Below, in pieces: positions 9,232 through 21,809 of a stretch of DNA of 64,000 nucleotides. Origin of the DNA: a bacterium (lineage in GTDB: Bacteria > Acidobacteriota > Blastocatellia > HR10); contig JBEPZV010000006.1 of assembly GCA_041640655.1 (NCBI GenBank), positions 1 through 64,000 of the forward strand, written 5' to 3'. The translations under genes were made by a program, and so were the position numbers. Within the stretch, counting starts at the first letter, position 1, and each line of letters begins with the position of its first letter. The notes beneath the pieces were generated by a model. That model worked only from the letters and a program-made list of their open reading frames with translations. It made no database searches and was not told the origin of the DNA.

Positions 9232-10148
9232 GGCTCGGATTCGATCGGGGGGGAGACCTCAGCCGGAACGGAGGCTTTGCGCCCCAGGCGCAGCAGGGCG
9301 AATCCCTTCATCACGATCCCGTGGGCGACGTATGTGCTGGCCAGAAGGATCAGCACCCAGCGGGAGTAGAAGTAGATGCTGGCCACAAGGAGCGAGAGCA
9401 GAAGCACCGTCCAACGTGGGCTGAGCGCGGTGACGCCGAGGTCCTTGAAACTTCGGTATCGGATCGTGCTGATCATCAATCCGCTCAAGGCAACGACCAG
9501 AAGCAGGAGGAGGAATCCCAGGAGAGCGCTCTCCATCTGAAGCGGATTCCCGAAGAGCGCGAGCGAGTGGGTCGGTCGGGCCGAGAGCGGCATTGGTGAG
9601 AAATGCACGATCGCTGCGATCAATCCCGCGGCAGCGGGAATAGGCAGACCGATGAATTGCCGTCGGTCCTTCACCGTGGTTGCGCGTCGGGCATGAACGT
9701 TGAAGCGGGCCAAGCGGAAGGCGCCGCAGACGAGGTAGAGGAAGGAGACGACCCACGCCGCCTTCCCCATCTCCAGCCCATAGATGTCCGGTGTCGTGCC
9801 ATACCCCCACGCGTAGGCGAGCACGGCAGGGGCCAGGCCGAACGAGAGCACATCGGCCAGGCTGTCCAGCTCCAGGCCGAAATCGCTCGTCGTCCGCGTC
9901 ATGCGGGCGATGCGTCCGTCCAGGGCGTCGAAGAGCACGGCGAAACCGATCGCCTTCGCGGCGTTGTCGAAGAGGCGCATGGCTTCCGCCACGTCCGTCG
10001 AGAGGGCCTGGTATCCCTTGAGAGCCGCGACCACCGCATAGAAGCCGCAGAAGATATTGGCCGTCGTGAAGAGGCTGGGGATGACATACGCCCCGCGCCG
10101 TCGTCCCGCCTCCGTCGGGAGGTAGCCCGGGATGGGATTCTCGCTCAT
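9228..10148 (-). CDS. pssA: CDP-diacylglycerol--serine O-phosphatidyltransferase
   Basis: CDP-alcohol motif DALDGRIARMT..FGLELDSLAD and RLARFN; coupled to psd. Confidence 0.93.
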   Translation of the reverse strand: MSENPIPGYLPTEAGRRRGAYVIPSLFTTANIFCGFYAVVAALKGYQALSTDVAEAMRLFDNAAKAIGFAVLFDALDGRIARMTRTTSDFGLELDSLADVLSFGLAPAVLAYAWGYGTTPDIYGLEMGKAAWVVSFLYLVCGAFRLARFNVHARRATTVKDRRQFIGLPIPAAAGLIAAIVHFSPMPLSARPTHSLALFGNPLQMESALLGFLLLLLVVALSGLMISTIRYRSFKDLGVTALSPRWTVLLLSLLVASIYFYSRWVLILLASTYVAHGIVMKGFALLRLGRKASVPAEVSPPIESEP

Positions 10149-10804
10149 CCTCGAATCCTCGCGAGGATTGTGCTTCCCCCCAAGACGCGATCGCCCACGC
10201 GCACGAGGACTTCGACATTTGGTGGAAGAACGAGGTCCGCTCGGGAGCCGAATTTGATCATGCCGATGCGCTCCCCTTTGTGCACGAAATCCCCGGGGCG
10301 CTTCCAGCAGACGATGCGGCGCGCCAAGATGCCCGCGATCTGTCGCAGGATCAGCTCCGCGCGCTCCCCCACGATCCGGATCTCCGTCTGCTCGTTCTCC
10401 ACCGACGCTTCGGCTCGCATGGCCGGGAGGAAGCGACCCGGACGGTGATGAACGGCTGCGATGCGCCCTGCCATCGGCGCGCGGTTCACATGCACGTCAA
10501 ACGGGGAGAGGAAGATCGAGAGGCGCACGGGCGAACGCGGATCGTTCGGATCGAGCGCAGCCAGAGCGACCACGCGGCCATCGGCCGGGGAGACGATGGC
10601 GCGCTCGTCATCGGGGATCGTCCGCTCGGGATCGCGAAAGAAGTACGCGAAAAAGAGCGCCAGACCGAGGCCCGCCAGGGCCATCGGCCACAGATGCAGC
10701 CAGGCGCCGACGAGCGCCGGAAGCAGAGCCCATGCGATATACGGCCATCCTTCCCGAACGATCACACCGTCCTCCGCTTGAGGAGGCGCTTGGGAGATGC
10801 TCAC
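10145..10804 (-). CDS. psd: Phosphatidylserine decarboxylase
   Basis: FFRDPER, SPADG, DVHVNRAP and the FGS autocleavage motif. Confidence 0.93.
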   Translation of the reverse strand: MSISQAPPQAEDGVIVREGWPYIAWALLPALVGAWLHLWPMALAGLGLALFFAYFFRDPERTIPDDERAIVSPADGRVVALAALDPNDPRSPVRLSIFLSPFDVHVNRAPMAGRIAAVHHRPGRFLPAMRAEASVENEQTEIRIVGERAELILRQIAGILARRIVCWKRPGDFVHKGERIGMIKFGSRADLVLPPNVEVLVRVGDRVLGGSTILARIRG

Positions 10805-10840
10805 CCGCGTCTCTCGGCACCTGCGATCGGCAGGCTCGCG

Positions 10841-11077
10841 CTACTTCAGCCCCATCTGCCGCTTGTAGCGATTGAGCATGGCCTCCATCTTGTCCTTGAC
10901 GAGCAGCTTCTTCTTCTTCAAGATCGTCTCCTCCATCAACTCTTCCGGCGTGGGGTAGGGGAGCGCTGTCAATTCGCTCAAACGCGCTTCGTACTGCTGA
11001 TGCTCCAGGACGAGAGCGCGAAACTCCGGATCAATCGCCATCAGATGTTCCTTGAGAGACACGGAGTTGGCATTCAT
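10841..11077 (-). CDS. DUF465/YdcH-like small coiled-coil protein
   Basis: EFRALVLEHQQYE..LKKKKLLVKD pattern; strong GAGGAGG RBS. Confidence 0.8.
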   Translation of the reverse strand: MNANSVSLKEHLMAIDPEFRALVLEHQQYEARLSELTALPYPTPEELMEETILKKKKLLVKDKMEAMLNRYKRQMGLK

Positions 11078-11188
11078 CCCCCTCCCTCCTCGTGAAGTGA
11101 TCGTAGCGTCGCGTCGTGCTCATCCTCATGTGCAGGGCGAATCTTAGTACAAAACCCCGGTGGAGGCAAGGAGGCGGGGTGCGGCCTC

Positions 11189-11695
11189 TCACGACACGGC
11201 CGAATCGGCGAAGTCGCAGCGCATGAGGAGCGCGTCCTCTGGCGGATCGGCATAGTAGTTCTTGCGGCGGTGGACGACGCGGAACCCGAGCTGGTGGTAG
11301 AGTTGCTGGGCGGCGAGATTGGAGGCGCGCACCTCCAGAAGGGCGCATCGTGCTCCGCGCGCTTCGGCCTGCGCGCGGCCCTCACGGAGCAGGGCGCGCG
11401 CGATCCCCTGGCGACGGAACTGCGGATGTGTCGCCAGATTGTGGATATGCCATTCGTCGAGCGCGAGCGTGGAGCAGAGGAAGCCGAGGACGCGGCGGGA
11501 GAGGGGGGGCTCCACCGGGCGCGCGACCAGGAGGATCGAGCGCTCGGGCAAAGCGAGTTCGCGCGCGTACCCCCGATAGCCCCACCGGCTCAAGCCGGAG
11601 AGCTCTTCGATCTCGACCACTTCCGGCAGATCGTCCTCGCGCATGCTCTCAATTCGGAAGCGGATCGGCGCGCGATCGCCATCGGACTTCCGCAT
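11189..11695 (-). CDS. rimI: Ribosomal-protein-alanine N-acetyltransferase
   Basis: GNAT motifs RRQGIA, LEVRASN and YY..EDALLM; downstream of tsaB. Confidence 0.9.
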   Translation of the reverse strand: MRKSDGDRAPIRFRIESMREDDLPEVVEIEELSGLSRWGYRGYARELALPERSILLVARPVEPPLSRRVLGFLCSTLALDEWHIHNLATHPQFRRQGIARALLREGRAQAEARGARCALLEVRASNLAAQQLYHQLGFRVVHRRKNYYADPPEDALLMRCDFADSAVS

Positions 11696-12419
11696 CGGAG
11701 GACCTCACATAGAGGGCATCGAGTGTCGCCCCTTCGGGCACGGCGTCGTGCAAGCGGCGAGCGGCGAGAGCGGCGACGGCCGGGGCGAGGAACATCGGGC
11801 GCTGCAGGAGTATCCACCCGCGCGCTTGAAGCGGGGCATGGGTGAGGGAGATGAGCGTTCGCCCGATTCGCTTCCCCGCTTCTTCGAGCGCCCGGAGCAG
11901 CGAAGCCGTGGCGTCGCAGACGAAGATGAGCGGATCGTCCTCCAACGAAGCGACCAGGACATCCGGCGGCACCAGACGCGGTTCGCTGAGGGCGTCGAGC
12001 GTGCCGTGGGGATCGAGCCGGAAGAGCTGCGCGTACAGGTCGCCGCGCAAGGCATCGCGACACGCGCAAATGGTTCCGCTCAGGCCGGCGCTATAGGCCA
12101 GAGCCTCGAGCGCGCCGATTCCAACCACCGGTTTGGCGAGCGCGTGCGCGAGCCCCTGGACCGACGCGATCCCCACGCGCACGCCGGTGAAGGAGCCGGG
12201 GCCAACAGCGACGGCAAGCAGTGCGATCTGTTCGAGCGCGACGCCGGCGCGGCGGAGGATGAGGTCCACGTCCTCATGAAGCTTCTGCGAGTGGGCCCCC
12301 GGGCGCCAGCTCCCGAAGACAGCCAGCAACTCCGATCCTCGCTGCAGGGCTACGCTCCCGCGCTCGGAGGTCGTATCCACGGCGAGGATCAGCGGCGCAT
12401 CATCGGTGGGAATCTCCAT
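11649..12419 (-). CDS. tsaB: tRNA t6A biosynthesis protein TsaB
   Basis: ILAVDTT, GPGSFTGVRVG and DALRG motifs. Confidence 0.93.
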   Translation of the reverse strand: MEIPTDDAPLILAVDTTSERGSVALQRGSELLAVFGSWRPGAHSQKLHEDVDLILRRAGVALEQIALLAVAVGPGSFTGVRVGIASVQGLAHALAKPVVGIGALEALAYSAGLSGTICACRDALRGDLYAQLFRLDPHGTLDALSEPRLVPPDVLVASLEDDPLIFVCDATASLLRALEEAGKRIGRTLISLTHAPLQARGWILLQRPMFLAPAVAALAARRLHDAVPEGATLDALYVRSSDAEVRWRSRADPLPN

Positions 12420-12447
12420 CGTCGCTCACGCTCTGAGAATCGCTCAT

Positions 12448-12477
12448 TTGACACGTCCAACGGGCCAATTATATATT
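12448..12477 (+). promoter_or_regulatory. Putative sigma70 promoter for mutS
   Basis: TTGACA-18 nt-TATATT in an AT-rich patch. Confidence 0.6.
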
Positions 12478-12564
12478 CTGCATGCCTATGGGGACAATGG
12501 GCGCGCGCGTGAGGCGAATCGCGGAGCATGTCTCCGAAGCGCGCGGAATTCGGGGGAGGTTCCC

Positions 12565-15234
<2,670 letters not shown>

Positions 15235-15276
15235 GTCGCGCTCCGGGGACTCGGCGCTCTGGAGGGCGAGTGGCTG

Positions 15277-15285
15277 TGATAGAAT
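15277..15285 (+). promoter_or_regulatory. Putative extended -10 promoter for fur-guaA
   Basis: TG-A-TAGAAT about 20 nt upstream of the fur ATG. Confidence 0.45.
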
Positions 15286-15304
15286 ATGTGCGAGGAGATC
15301 GCCG

Positions 15305-15817
15305 ATGACGGGATCGAAGGCGAAGGCGCCGCGCGTTTCGGCGTCGGCAGCGAAGACGGCCGCCTCTGAGGAGCGTCCGGAGAAACGCCTCTTCTACGAG
15401 TATCTGCGTCGGAAGGGGTTGAAGCGCACGGCGCAGCGCGATCTCATCTTGGAGACGTTCCTGGAGAGCGAGAAGCATATCACGAGTGAGGAGCTCTATC
15501 GTAAGGTGCGGGAGCGCGATCCGACCGTCGGGTTCACGACGGTCTATCGCACGCTCAAGCTGCTCACTGAGTGCGGGATCGCCCGCTCCATGCAGCTTGG
15601 GGATCGTTACACGCACTACGAGCGGGGATTGGACGAGCAGCATCACGATCACCTCATCTGCATCGAGTGCGGGGGGGTCACGGAGTTCTTCAGTCAGCAG
15701 CTGGAGAACATCCAGGCCGAGGTGGTGCGGCGGCACGGTTTTCAGATGGTGGATCACAGCCTGCGCATCTGGGGGATTTGTCGGGAATGTCAACGGAGGC
15801 GCGCCTCTCGGAGATGA
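15305..15817 (+). CDS. fur: Fur-family transcriptional regulator
   Basis: [27 protein letters not shown] and a C-terminal CREC. Confidence 0.9.
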   Translation: MTGSKAKAPRVSASAAKTAASEERPEKRLFYEYLRRKGLKRTAQRDLILETFLESEKHITSEELYRKVRERDPTVGFTTVYRTLKLLTECGIARSMQLGDRYTHYERGLDEQHHDHLICIECGGVTEFFSQQLENIQAEVVRRHGFQMVDHSLRIWGICRECQRRRASRR

Positions 15818-17361
15818 GGACGGAGTCGAGTCCCTCGGAGGTCGTCCTCGTCCTGGACTTCGGCTCGCAATACACGCAGTTGATCGGTCGGCGCGTGCGC
15901 GAATTGGGCGTGTATTCGGAGATCGTGCCCTTTTCTCTCCCTCTTGAGCGCATCCGAGAGCGGCGGCCGCGCGCGCTCATCCTCTCAGGAGGGCCGAGAT
16001 CGGTCTACGAGGAGGGGGCGCCGCGTTGTGATCCGGCGCTTCTGGAGTTGGGGATTCCCGTGCTTGGCATCTGCTATGGCGTGCAATTGATGGCGCACGT
16101 GCTTGGCGGGCGCGTCGTTCCCTCGGAGCGACGGGAATACGGGGCGGCGCGCCTGGAGGTGGTGGGCGAGAGTCCGCTCTTCGCCGGACTACCGCGCGAG
16201 ATGACCGTGTGGATGAGTCACGGCGATGAGGTACAGCAGCCGCCGGAGGGATTTCAGGTCCTGGCGCGCACGGAACGAGCCCTGGGCGCCATCGCTCACC
16301 CGGAGCGTCGGCTCTATGGCGTGCAGTTTCATCCCGAGGTCGCCCATACCCCGCATGGGCGGGAGATCCTGCGCCGCTTCCTCTTCGACATCGCCGGATG
16401 TCGCGGCCAGTGGCGCTTGAGCGCGTTCATCGAGTCGGCCATCGAGCGGATGCGCAAGGAGGTGGGATCGGGGCGCGCGCTGTGCGCGCTCTCTGGTGGC
16501 GTGGATTCCTCGGTGGCGGCCGCGTTGGCGGCCCGTGCGCTCGGCCCGCGATTGATCTGTCTCTTTGTGGACAATGGCCTGCTGCGCCGGGGAGAGTTCG
16601 AGGAGGTGCTCCGCCTCTATGAGAGCATGGGGTTGCGCGTGCAGGGCGTGCGCGCTGGAGAACGTTTCCTGCGCCGACTGCGCGGGGTCACCGATCCTGA
16701 AGAGAAGCGGAAGATCATCGGCGCGGAATTCATCGCCGTCTTCCGGGAGGAAGCGGCGCGCTTCGGCCCTGTGGAATTCCTCGTGCAGGGGACGACCTAT
16801 CCCGATGTGATCGAGTCCACGTCGGTCAAAGGCCCCTCGGCGGTCATCAAGAGCCACCACAATGTGGGGGGCTTGCCCGAGCAGCTCGGCTTCCGATTGC
16901 TCGAGCCCTTGCGCGAGTTGTTCAAAGACGAGGTGCGCGAGGTGGGTCGGCACCTGGGCGTTCCGCGAGAGATTCTCGAACGGCATCCGTTCCCCGGTCC
17001 CGGATTGGCCGTGCGGGTGCTCGGCGAGGTCACCCCGGAGCGTGTGGAGCTTGTGCGCGCAGCCGATGCGATCGTCCTCGAGGAGATTCGGCGCGCGGGG
17101 CTCTACGAGCAGGTGTGGCAGGCGTTCGCCGTTCTGCTTCCGGTTCGCAGCGTCGGCGTCATGGGCGATGAGCGCACGTATGAGCAGACGATCGCCATTC
17201 GCGTCGTCAGCAGTGTGGATGGGATGACGGCCGATTGGGTCCGCCTGCCCCATGAGGTTCTCGAACGGATGGCCAATCGCATCGTCTCCGAAGTGCGGGG
17301 GGTCAATCGCGTCGTCTATGACATCAGCTCGAAGCCGCCGAGCACGATCGAATGGGAGTGA
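15814..17361 (+). CDS. guaA: GMP synthase (glutamine-hydrolysing)
   Basis: [32 protein letters not shown] and [13 protein letters not shown] overlap with fur. Confidence 0.98.
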   Translation: MRTESSPSEVVLVLDFGSQYTQLIGRRVRELGVYSEIVPFSLPLERIRERRPRALILSGGPRSVYEEGAPRCDPALLELGIPVLGICYGVQLMAHVLGGRVVPSERREYGAARLEVVGESPLFAGLPREMTVWMSHGDEVQQPPEGFQVLARTERALGAIAHPERRLYGVQFHPEVAHTPHGREILRRFLFDIAGCRGQWRLSAFIESAIERMRKEVGSGRALCALSGGVDSSVAAALAARALGPRLICLFVDNGLLRRGEFEEVLRLYESMGLRVQGVRAGERFLRRLRGVTDPEEKRKIIGAEFIAVFREEAARFGPVEFLVQGTTYPDVIESTSVKGPSAVIKSHHNVGGLPEQLGFRLLEPLRELFKDEVREVGRHLGVPREILERHPFPGPGLAVRVLGEVTPERVELVRAADAIVLEEIRRAGLYEQVWQAFAVLLPVRSVGVMGDERTYEQTIAIRVVSSVDGMTADWVRLPHEVLERMANRIVSEVRGVNRVVYDISSKPPSTIEWE

Positions 17362-17368
17362 CCGTCGG

Positions 17369-18244
17369 TCATCGCTCCGTGGGCGCTTCGGAGGCCTCCT
17401 TCGGCGCGCGTCCAGAGCCTCCTTGTGATGCCGCGTGGGATTTCTTTTCCGCTCCGCGTCTGGTGCGCTGGACGCGGGCGAGCGCCTTGAGTGTCGGATC
17501 GTCGGGATAGAGCTTCAGCATGACGGTCACGAAGGCGCGGATGAGGTCTTCGCGCATCTGTGGCGTGTAGGGGTTGTAGTGCTGGAGGTCGTGAAAGAGC
17601 TGCCACGTGTCGTGGGTCGTCTGCTCGATCACACCACGGATGGCCTCGAAGCCTTTGGTCGTGATCTCCCCCGATTCCAGAGGCAGCTCGCCGAGGATGC
17701 GGCCGACAAAGTGGGTGATGCCCTGGGAATAGGCGGCTCGCCGGTCGTGCTCATCCGGGGACATCTCGATCACCTGTACGCCGCGCCGCTGCCAGAAGGC
17801 GCGCCAGAAGTGGAGGGTGACGGGGCTCACGCGCACCGGGCAGAAGACGATGCGCAATCCTCGCAGACCATCCCGAGCGCTGTCGGGGCCAAAGAGTGGA
17901 TGCGTCCCCAGAGCTTCCACCCACGGTGGTAGCTCACGGCGCATGACTTCGATCGGATGGACCTTGACCGAGCAGGTGTCCAGGATCAGCCGGCCCGGAC
18001 CGAGGTGCGCGCGCGCCTCCCGAATGGCCGATTCGAACTCCGAGATGGGGACGGCGAAAAAGAGCGCGTCGGCCGCGCAGGCAGCTTCCAGGGAGACGAT
18101 CTGGACGCCGAGCTCGCGCGCGGCGATCGGATCAGGGTGCCGATCGTACACGAGGACGGGGAACTCTTCGCGAAGGATGCGGGCCAGCAGCCGACCGAAG
18201 CGGCCGAAGCCGATGATCGCGCATGTCCGCATCTGATCGCGCAT
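17369..18244 (-). CDS. Prephenate/arogenate dehydrogenase (short TyrA family)
   Basis: Rossmann GFGRFG, DTCSVK, HPLFGPDS and EHDRRAAYSQGITH. Confidence 0.88.
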   Translation of the reverse strand: MRDQMRTCAIIGFGRFGRLLARILREEFPVLVYDRHPDPIAARELGVQIVSLEAACAADALFFAVPISEFESAIREARAHLGPGRLILDTCSVKVHPIEVMRRELPPWVEALGTHPLFGPDSARDGLRGLRIVFCPVRVSPVTLHFWRAFWQRRGVQVIEMSPDEHDRRAAYSQGITHFVGRILGELPLESGEITTKGFEAIRGVIEQTTHDTWQLFHDLQHYNPYTPQMREDLIRAFVTVMLKLYPDDPTLKALARVQRTRRGAEKKSHAASQGGSGRAPKEASEAPTER

Positions 18245-18335
18245 CGTCCGAGAGCAGGGTAACAGAGAGTGCGCTCATCCGTCCAGGGGGGCGGCGCCGA
18301 GCGGTTGACCTCTCGTGTTCGGGGCGGATCGCGTG

Positions 18336-18344
18336 TGGTATAAT
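18336..18344 (+). promoter_or_regulatory. Extended -10 promoter upstream of the MoxR operon
   Basis: Perfect TG-G-TATAAT in the divergent intergenic region. Confidence 0.65.
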
Positions 18345-18495
18345 CGCGCGGGTGCACGAGGAATCCTACGGCGATCGGGAGATCGTCAGGGCCTCGCGGG
18401 GTGAGGGATGAGGTGATGGGACACGGCGCGCGGGCATCAGGAGAATGACGCAACCGGAGAGAGCCGCGGGACGTCCCTTGTGGTGAGGGTGTCGT

Positions 18496-20802
18496 GTGAA
18501 TCGCGTGTTTGAATGGCTCTTCAAATATCCGCCGGTCGTCTTCGAGCGCGGTGAGATCTCGTTCGCCGCGCTCTCCTCGACGAGCGCGTGGATGGCGTTC
18601 GGAGCGGTGGCGCTCGGTGGCGCATATGTGATCGTGCGGCGCGTTCGTCAGCCGCTCCCCCGCCGCTTGAAGATTCTCTTGATCGGCCTTCGGCTCGGCG
18701 CGTTCGTGCTTGTGATCTTGTGCCTGTTGCAACCCGTCGTGATCGTCCCGTCGGTCATCCCGCACCGCGCGACGGTCGCGCTCCTGGTCGACGATTCCTT
18801 GAGCATGGCGATCCCGGACGTGGACGGCCGGTCCCGCCTGGAAGCCGTGCGGGCGCTTCTGGCGCCGGAGGGTCCTTTTCTGCGTCAGCTCACGGCGAGA
18901 TTCGACGTGCGCCTCTTCTCGCTGAGCGGAGAGGATCTCTCATTGTCGGCGCGCGCGTCGGAGGCACCGCGCGCGATCTTCGGATCGGGTGGGAGGGCCG
19001 TGCGGACGGATCTCGGTGCCGGGCTCGAGCGCGTCCTCGCGACCCCTTTGGAGAAGCCTCTAGCGGCTGTCGTCCTCATCAGCGATGGCGGACATAATGT
19101 GCCGCGAGACCTCTCGACAATCCCCTCGCTCTTTCTCGCGCGGCGCGTTCCCCTTCACACGATCGGCGTGGGGCAGGAGCAGATCGCGCGCGACGTCGAG
19201 GTGGTACGGGTGAACGTCCCGCGACGGATTCTGAGGGGATCTTCGGTGAAGGCCGATCTCCTCGTGCGATGCGGGGGAGAGTCGCCTCGTCGTGTGACGC
19301 TCCGCGTCACCGAAGACGGGCGGACGCTGCAGAGCACGGAGATCGAATGCGCGGAAGCGTCGAGGCCTCAAGCCATCTCCCTCGAATTCACGCCAGCTGA
19401 GGCGGGGGTGCACCGGTACGTATTCAGCGCCGATCCGCAACCGCGAGAGCCGATCGTTGAGAACAATCGCGTGGAGGCGATCGTCGAAGTGCGCGATGAG
19501 GTCGCGCGCGTGCTCTACATCGAGGGGGAGCCCCGATGGGAATATGGGAAGATTCGGGCGGCCGTGGCCGATGACGAGCACCTCAATCTCGTCTCGGTCG
19601 TGCGCACGGCTCCGGGAAAGTTCTATCGTCAGGGCGTCGAGAGCGGGGAGGAGTTGGTGAAGGGATTCCCGGAGCGGCCGGAGGAGCTGTTCCGATTCAA
19701 AGGCGTGATCCTGGGGAGTGTGGAAGCCGGATTCTTCACGCGCGAGCAGTTGGAGTGGATGGAGGCCTTTGTCGCTCGGCGGGGTGGGGGGATGCTCATG
19801 TTGGGAGGGCCGCGCGCGTTCTCGGCTGGGGGGTATGCGTTGACGCCGCTGGCGGATGTTCTGCCGGTGGAGCTTCGGCGGCCCTCGGAAGTTCCGGCTC
19901 TCGCGGAAGCTTCGGCGTATGCGCCGGTGGTGACCGAGGCGGGGCGCGAGCATCCCCTCGCGCGGTTGGCGGCCGATCCGAAGGCCAATGAACGCGCCTG
20001 GCGCGCCTTGCCGCACGTGACTGTGCCGGAGATCTTCACGCGCGCCAAACCCGGTGCCCTCGTCGTGCTGGAGGGGGCGAATAGGTCGCGTGGGGGGACC
20101 CGCCCGATCTTGCTGGCCGTGCAGCGGTATGGACGTGGTCTGAGCCTGGCGTTCACCCCCTCGGACTCCTGGCGGTGGCAGATGGAGATGAGCTCGGTGG
20201 ATCTCTCGCACGAGACTTTTTGGAGACAGATGTTGCGGTACCTCATCAGCTTCGCCGATGATCCGGTGAATCTCCTGACCGATGCGGACGCGTACGAGGT
20301 GGGAGACGACGTGCCTGTTCGCGTCGAGGTGCGGGATGAGCTCTTCCACCCCGTGGCGGATGCCGCTCTGGACGTCCGCGTGCGAACTCCGCAGGGGGCG
20401 ACCGAACGTGTGCGCGTGAATCCCGCTCTGGAGAATGAAGGGGAATATGTCGGCCGGATCCTCGTGCGAGAGCCGGGGATCTATCGGCTTCAGGCGCGCG
20501 CGCGGCGGGGCGATCGGGAGCTGGGGCAGGCCGAAGCTCATCTGGTCGTCCGCGTGCCGGATCGGGAGTATCGCGAAGCCGGACAGAACGTCGAGCTGTT
20601 GAAATGGCTGGCTCGCGAGACCGGGGGGCGATATGCTCCGTTGTCAGATGCGGAGACGCTGCCTCCGGAGCTGGAGTACGTGGCGGGGGAGCACTCGATT
20701 CGCGTGACCAAAGAGTTGTGGGATATGCCGATCGTGTTCCTGCTCCTGGTGGGGCTGCTGTCGCTCGAGTGGAGCGTGCGACGAAAGCGAGGATTGATAT
20801 GA
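18496..20802 (+). CDS. Membrane-anchored VWA + Ig-like + glutamine-amidotransferase-like protein of the MoxR operon
   Basis: N-terminal TM segments, MIDAS DDSLS/T/SDG, VLYIEGEPRWE, GGGMLMLGG, WRW and a C-terminal TM ending EWSVRRKRG. Confidence 0.85.
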   Translation: MNRVFEWLFKYPPVVFERGEISFAALSSTSAWMAFGAVALGGAYVIVRRVRQPLPRRLKILLIGLRLGAFVLVILCLLQPVVIVPSVIPHRATVALLVDDSLSMAIPDVDGRSRLEAVRALLAPEGPFLRQLTARFDVRLFSLSGEDLSLSARASEAPRAIFGSGGRAVRTDLGAGLERVLATPLEKPLAAVVLISDGGHNVPRDLSTIPSLFLARRVPLHTIGVGQEQIARDVEVVRVNVPRRILRGSSVKADLLVRCGGESPRRVTLRVTEDGRTLQSTEIECAEASRPQAISLEFTPAEAGVHRYVFSADPQPREPIVENNRVEAIVEVRDEVARVLYIEGEPRWEYGKIRAAVADDEHLNLVSVVRTAPGKFYRQGVESGEELVKGFPERPEELFRFKGVILGSVEAGFFTREQLEWMEAFVARRGGGMLMLGGPRAFSAGGYALTPLADVLPVELRRPSEVPALAEASAYAPVVTEAGREHPLARLAADPKANERAWRALPHVTVPEIFTRAKPGALVVLEGANRSRGGTRPILLAVQRYGRGLSLAFTPSDSWRWQMEMSSVDLSHETFWRQMLRYLISFADDPVNLLTDADAYEVGDDVPVRVEVRDELFHPVADAALDVRVRTPQGATERVRVNPALENEGEYVGRILVREPGIYRLQARARRGDRELGQAEAHLVVRVPDREYREAGQNVELLKWLARETGGRYAPLSDAETLPPELEYVAGEHSIRVTKELWDMPIVFLLLVGLLSLEWSVRRKRGLI
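18962..19000. repeat. Degenerate in-frame copy of the 39-bp palindromic element
   Basis: aggcaccgcgcgcgatcttcggatcgggtgggagggccg aligns without gaps to 29271-29309. Confidence 0.75.
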
Positions 20803-21809
20803 CGGCGCCATGGCTCGAGCGGCTGATGGTGATCGCCTCGCTGCTCCTTCTGTGGCGAGGCGGGGCGCTCGCGTCGCCGCAGGAGGCGGCACCAGACCTG
20901 CGGTTCGCGGTGATCGTGCGCGGCCTGGGCGGAGATCCGGCCTTCGAGCGCACGTTCGCTTCGTGGGCGGAGCGTCTGTGCCAGCTCTTCATCGAGCGAT
21001 GGCGATTTCGTCCGGAGCATGTCTTTGTACTCACGCCCGAGGGCCGGGGATGCTCCCCGCAGGCGGCGCGGGCGACGGCCGAAGCTCTCCGGCGCGTGTT
21101 CGAGCGGCTGCGCGCGGAGAGCACGGAGGAGGGCGTCCTCTTCATCATGCTGATCGGGCATGGGAGCTTCGATGGCCAGCGCGGATATTTCCATCTTGTG
21201 GGACCGGATCTCTCGGCGGAGGATTTCGACGCGCTTCTGGCGAGCGTGAGAGCGCGTTCTGTCGTCTTCGTGAATACGGCGAGCGCCAGCGGCGCTTTCC
21301 TCCCCGTCGTGAGTCGGCGCGGGAGGATCGTCATCACGGCCACGCGCAGTGGGCGAGAGCAGCAAGCTCCGGTCTTCGCCCGCTATTTCATCGAGGCCCT
21401 CACGGATGCGCGAGCCGATACGAATAAAGACGGGCGCACCTCGCTTGCCGAAGCGTTCGCCTTCGCGACTCGGATGACGGCGGAGCATTATGCGCAACAG
21501 GGCCTTTTGGCGACCGAGCATCCCCTGTTGGATGATGATGGTGATGGCGTGGGGCATGGTGAGCTCTCGGGGGGAGATGGCGCGCTGGCGCGAATGGTGT
21601 ACCTGGAGGCGCCGGCCGAGGTGGAGGAAGCGGACGAGGAGTTGCGCGCCCTCTTGCGCGAGCGCGATGCGCTCTTGCAGAAGATCGAGGCGTTGAAGGC
21701 TCGCAAGGCCGAGATGCGTCCGGAGGATTATGAGCGGGAGTTGGAGCGGTGGCTGGTGGAGCTGGCTCGGATCACCGAGCGCATCCATGCGCGGGGGAAG
21801 AAGCCATGA
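20799..21809 (+). CDS. Exported caspase/C13-like fold protein with C-terminal coiled coil
   Basis: Signal peptide, LIGHGS, VFVNTASASG, VITAT and ADTNKDG. Confidence 0.75.
   Translation: MTAPWLERLMVIASLLLLWRGGALASPQEAAPDLRFAVIVRGLGGDPAFERTFASWAERLCQLFIERWRFRPEHVFVLTPEGRGCSPQAARATAEALRRVFERLRAESTEEGVLFIMLIGHGSFDGQRGYFHLVGPDLSAEDFDALLASVRARSVVFVNTASASGAFLPVVSRRGRIVITATRSGREQQAPVFARYFIEALTDARADTNKDGRTSLAEAFAFATRMTAEHYAQQGLLATEHPLLDDDGDGVGHGELSGGDGALARMVYLEAPAEVEEADEELRALLRERDALLQKIEALKARKAEMRPEDYERELERWLVELARITERIHARGKKP

Noticed and set aside
20065..20102. Possible further element remnant (tcgcgtggggggaccc), with similar weak matches near 27917 and 32771
   Set aside because: Only one arm matches, which is too weak to separate from chance in GC-rich sequence.
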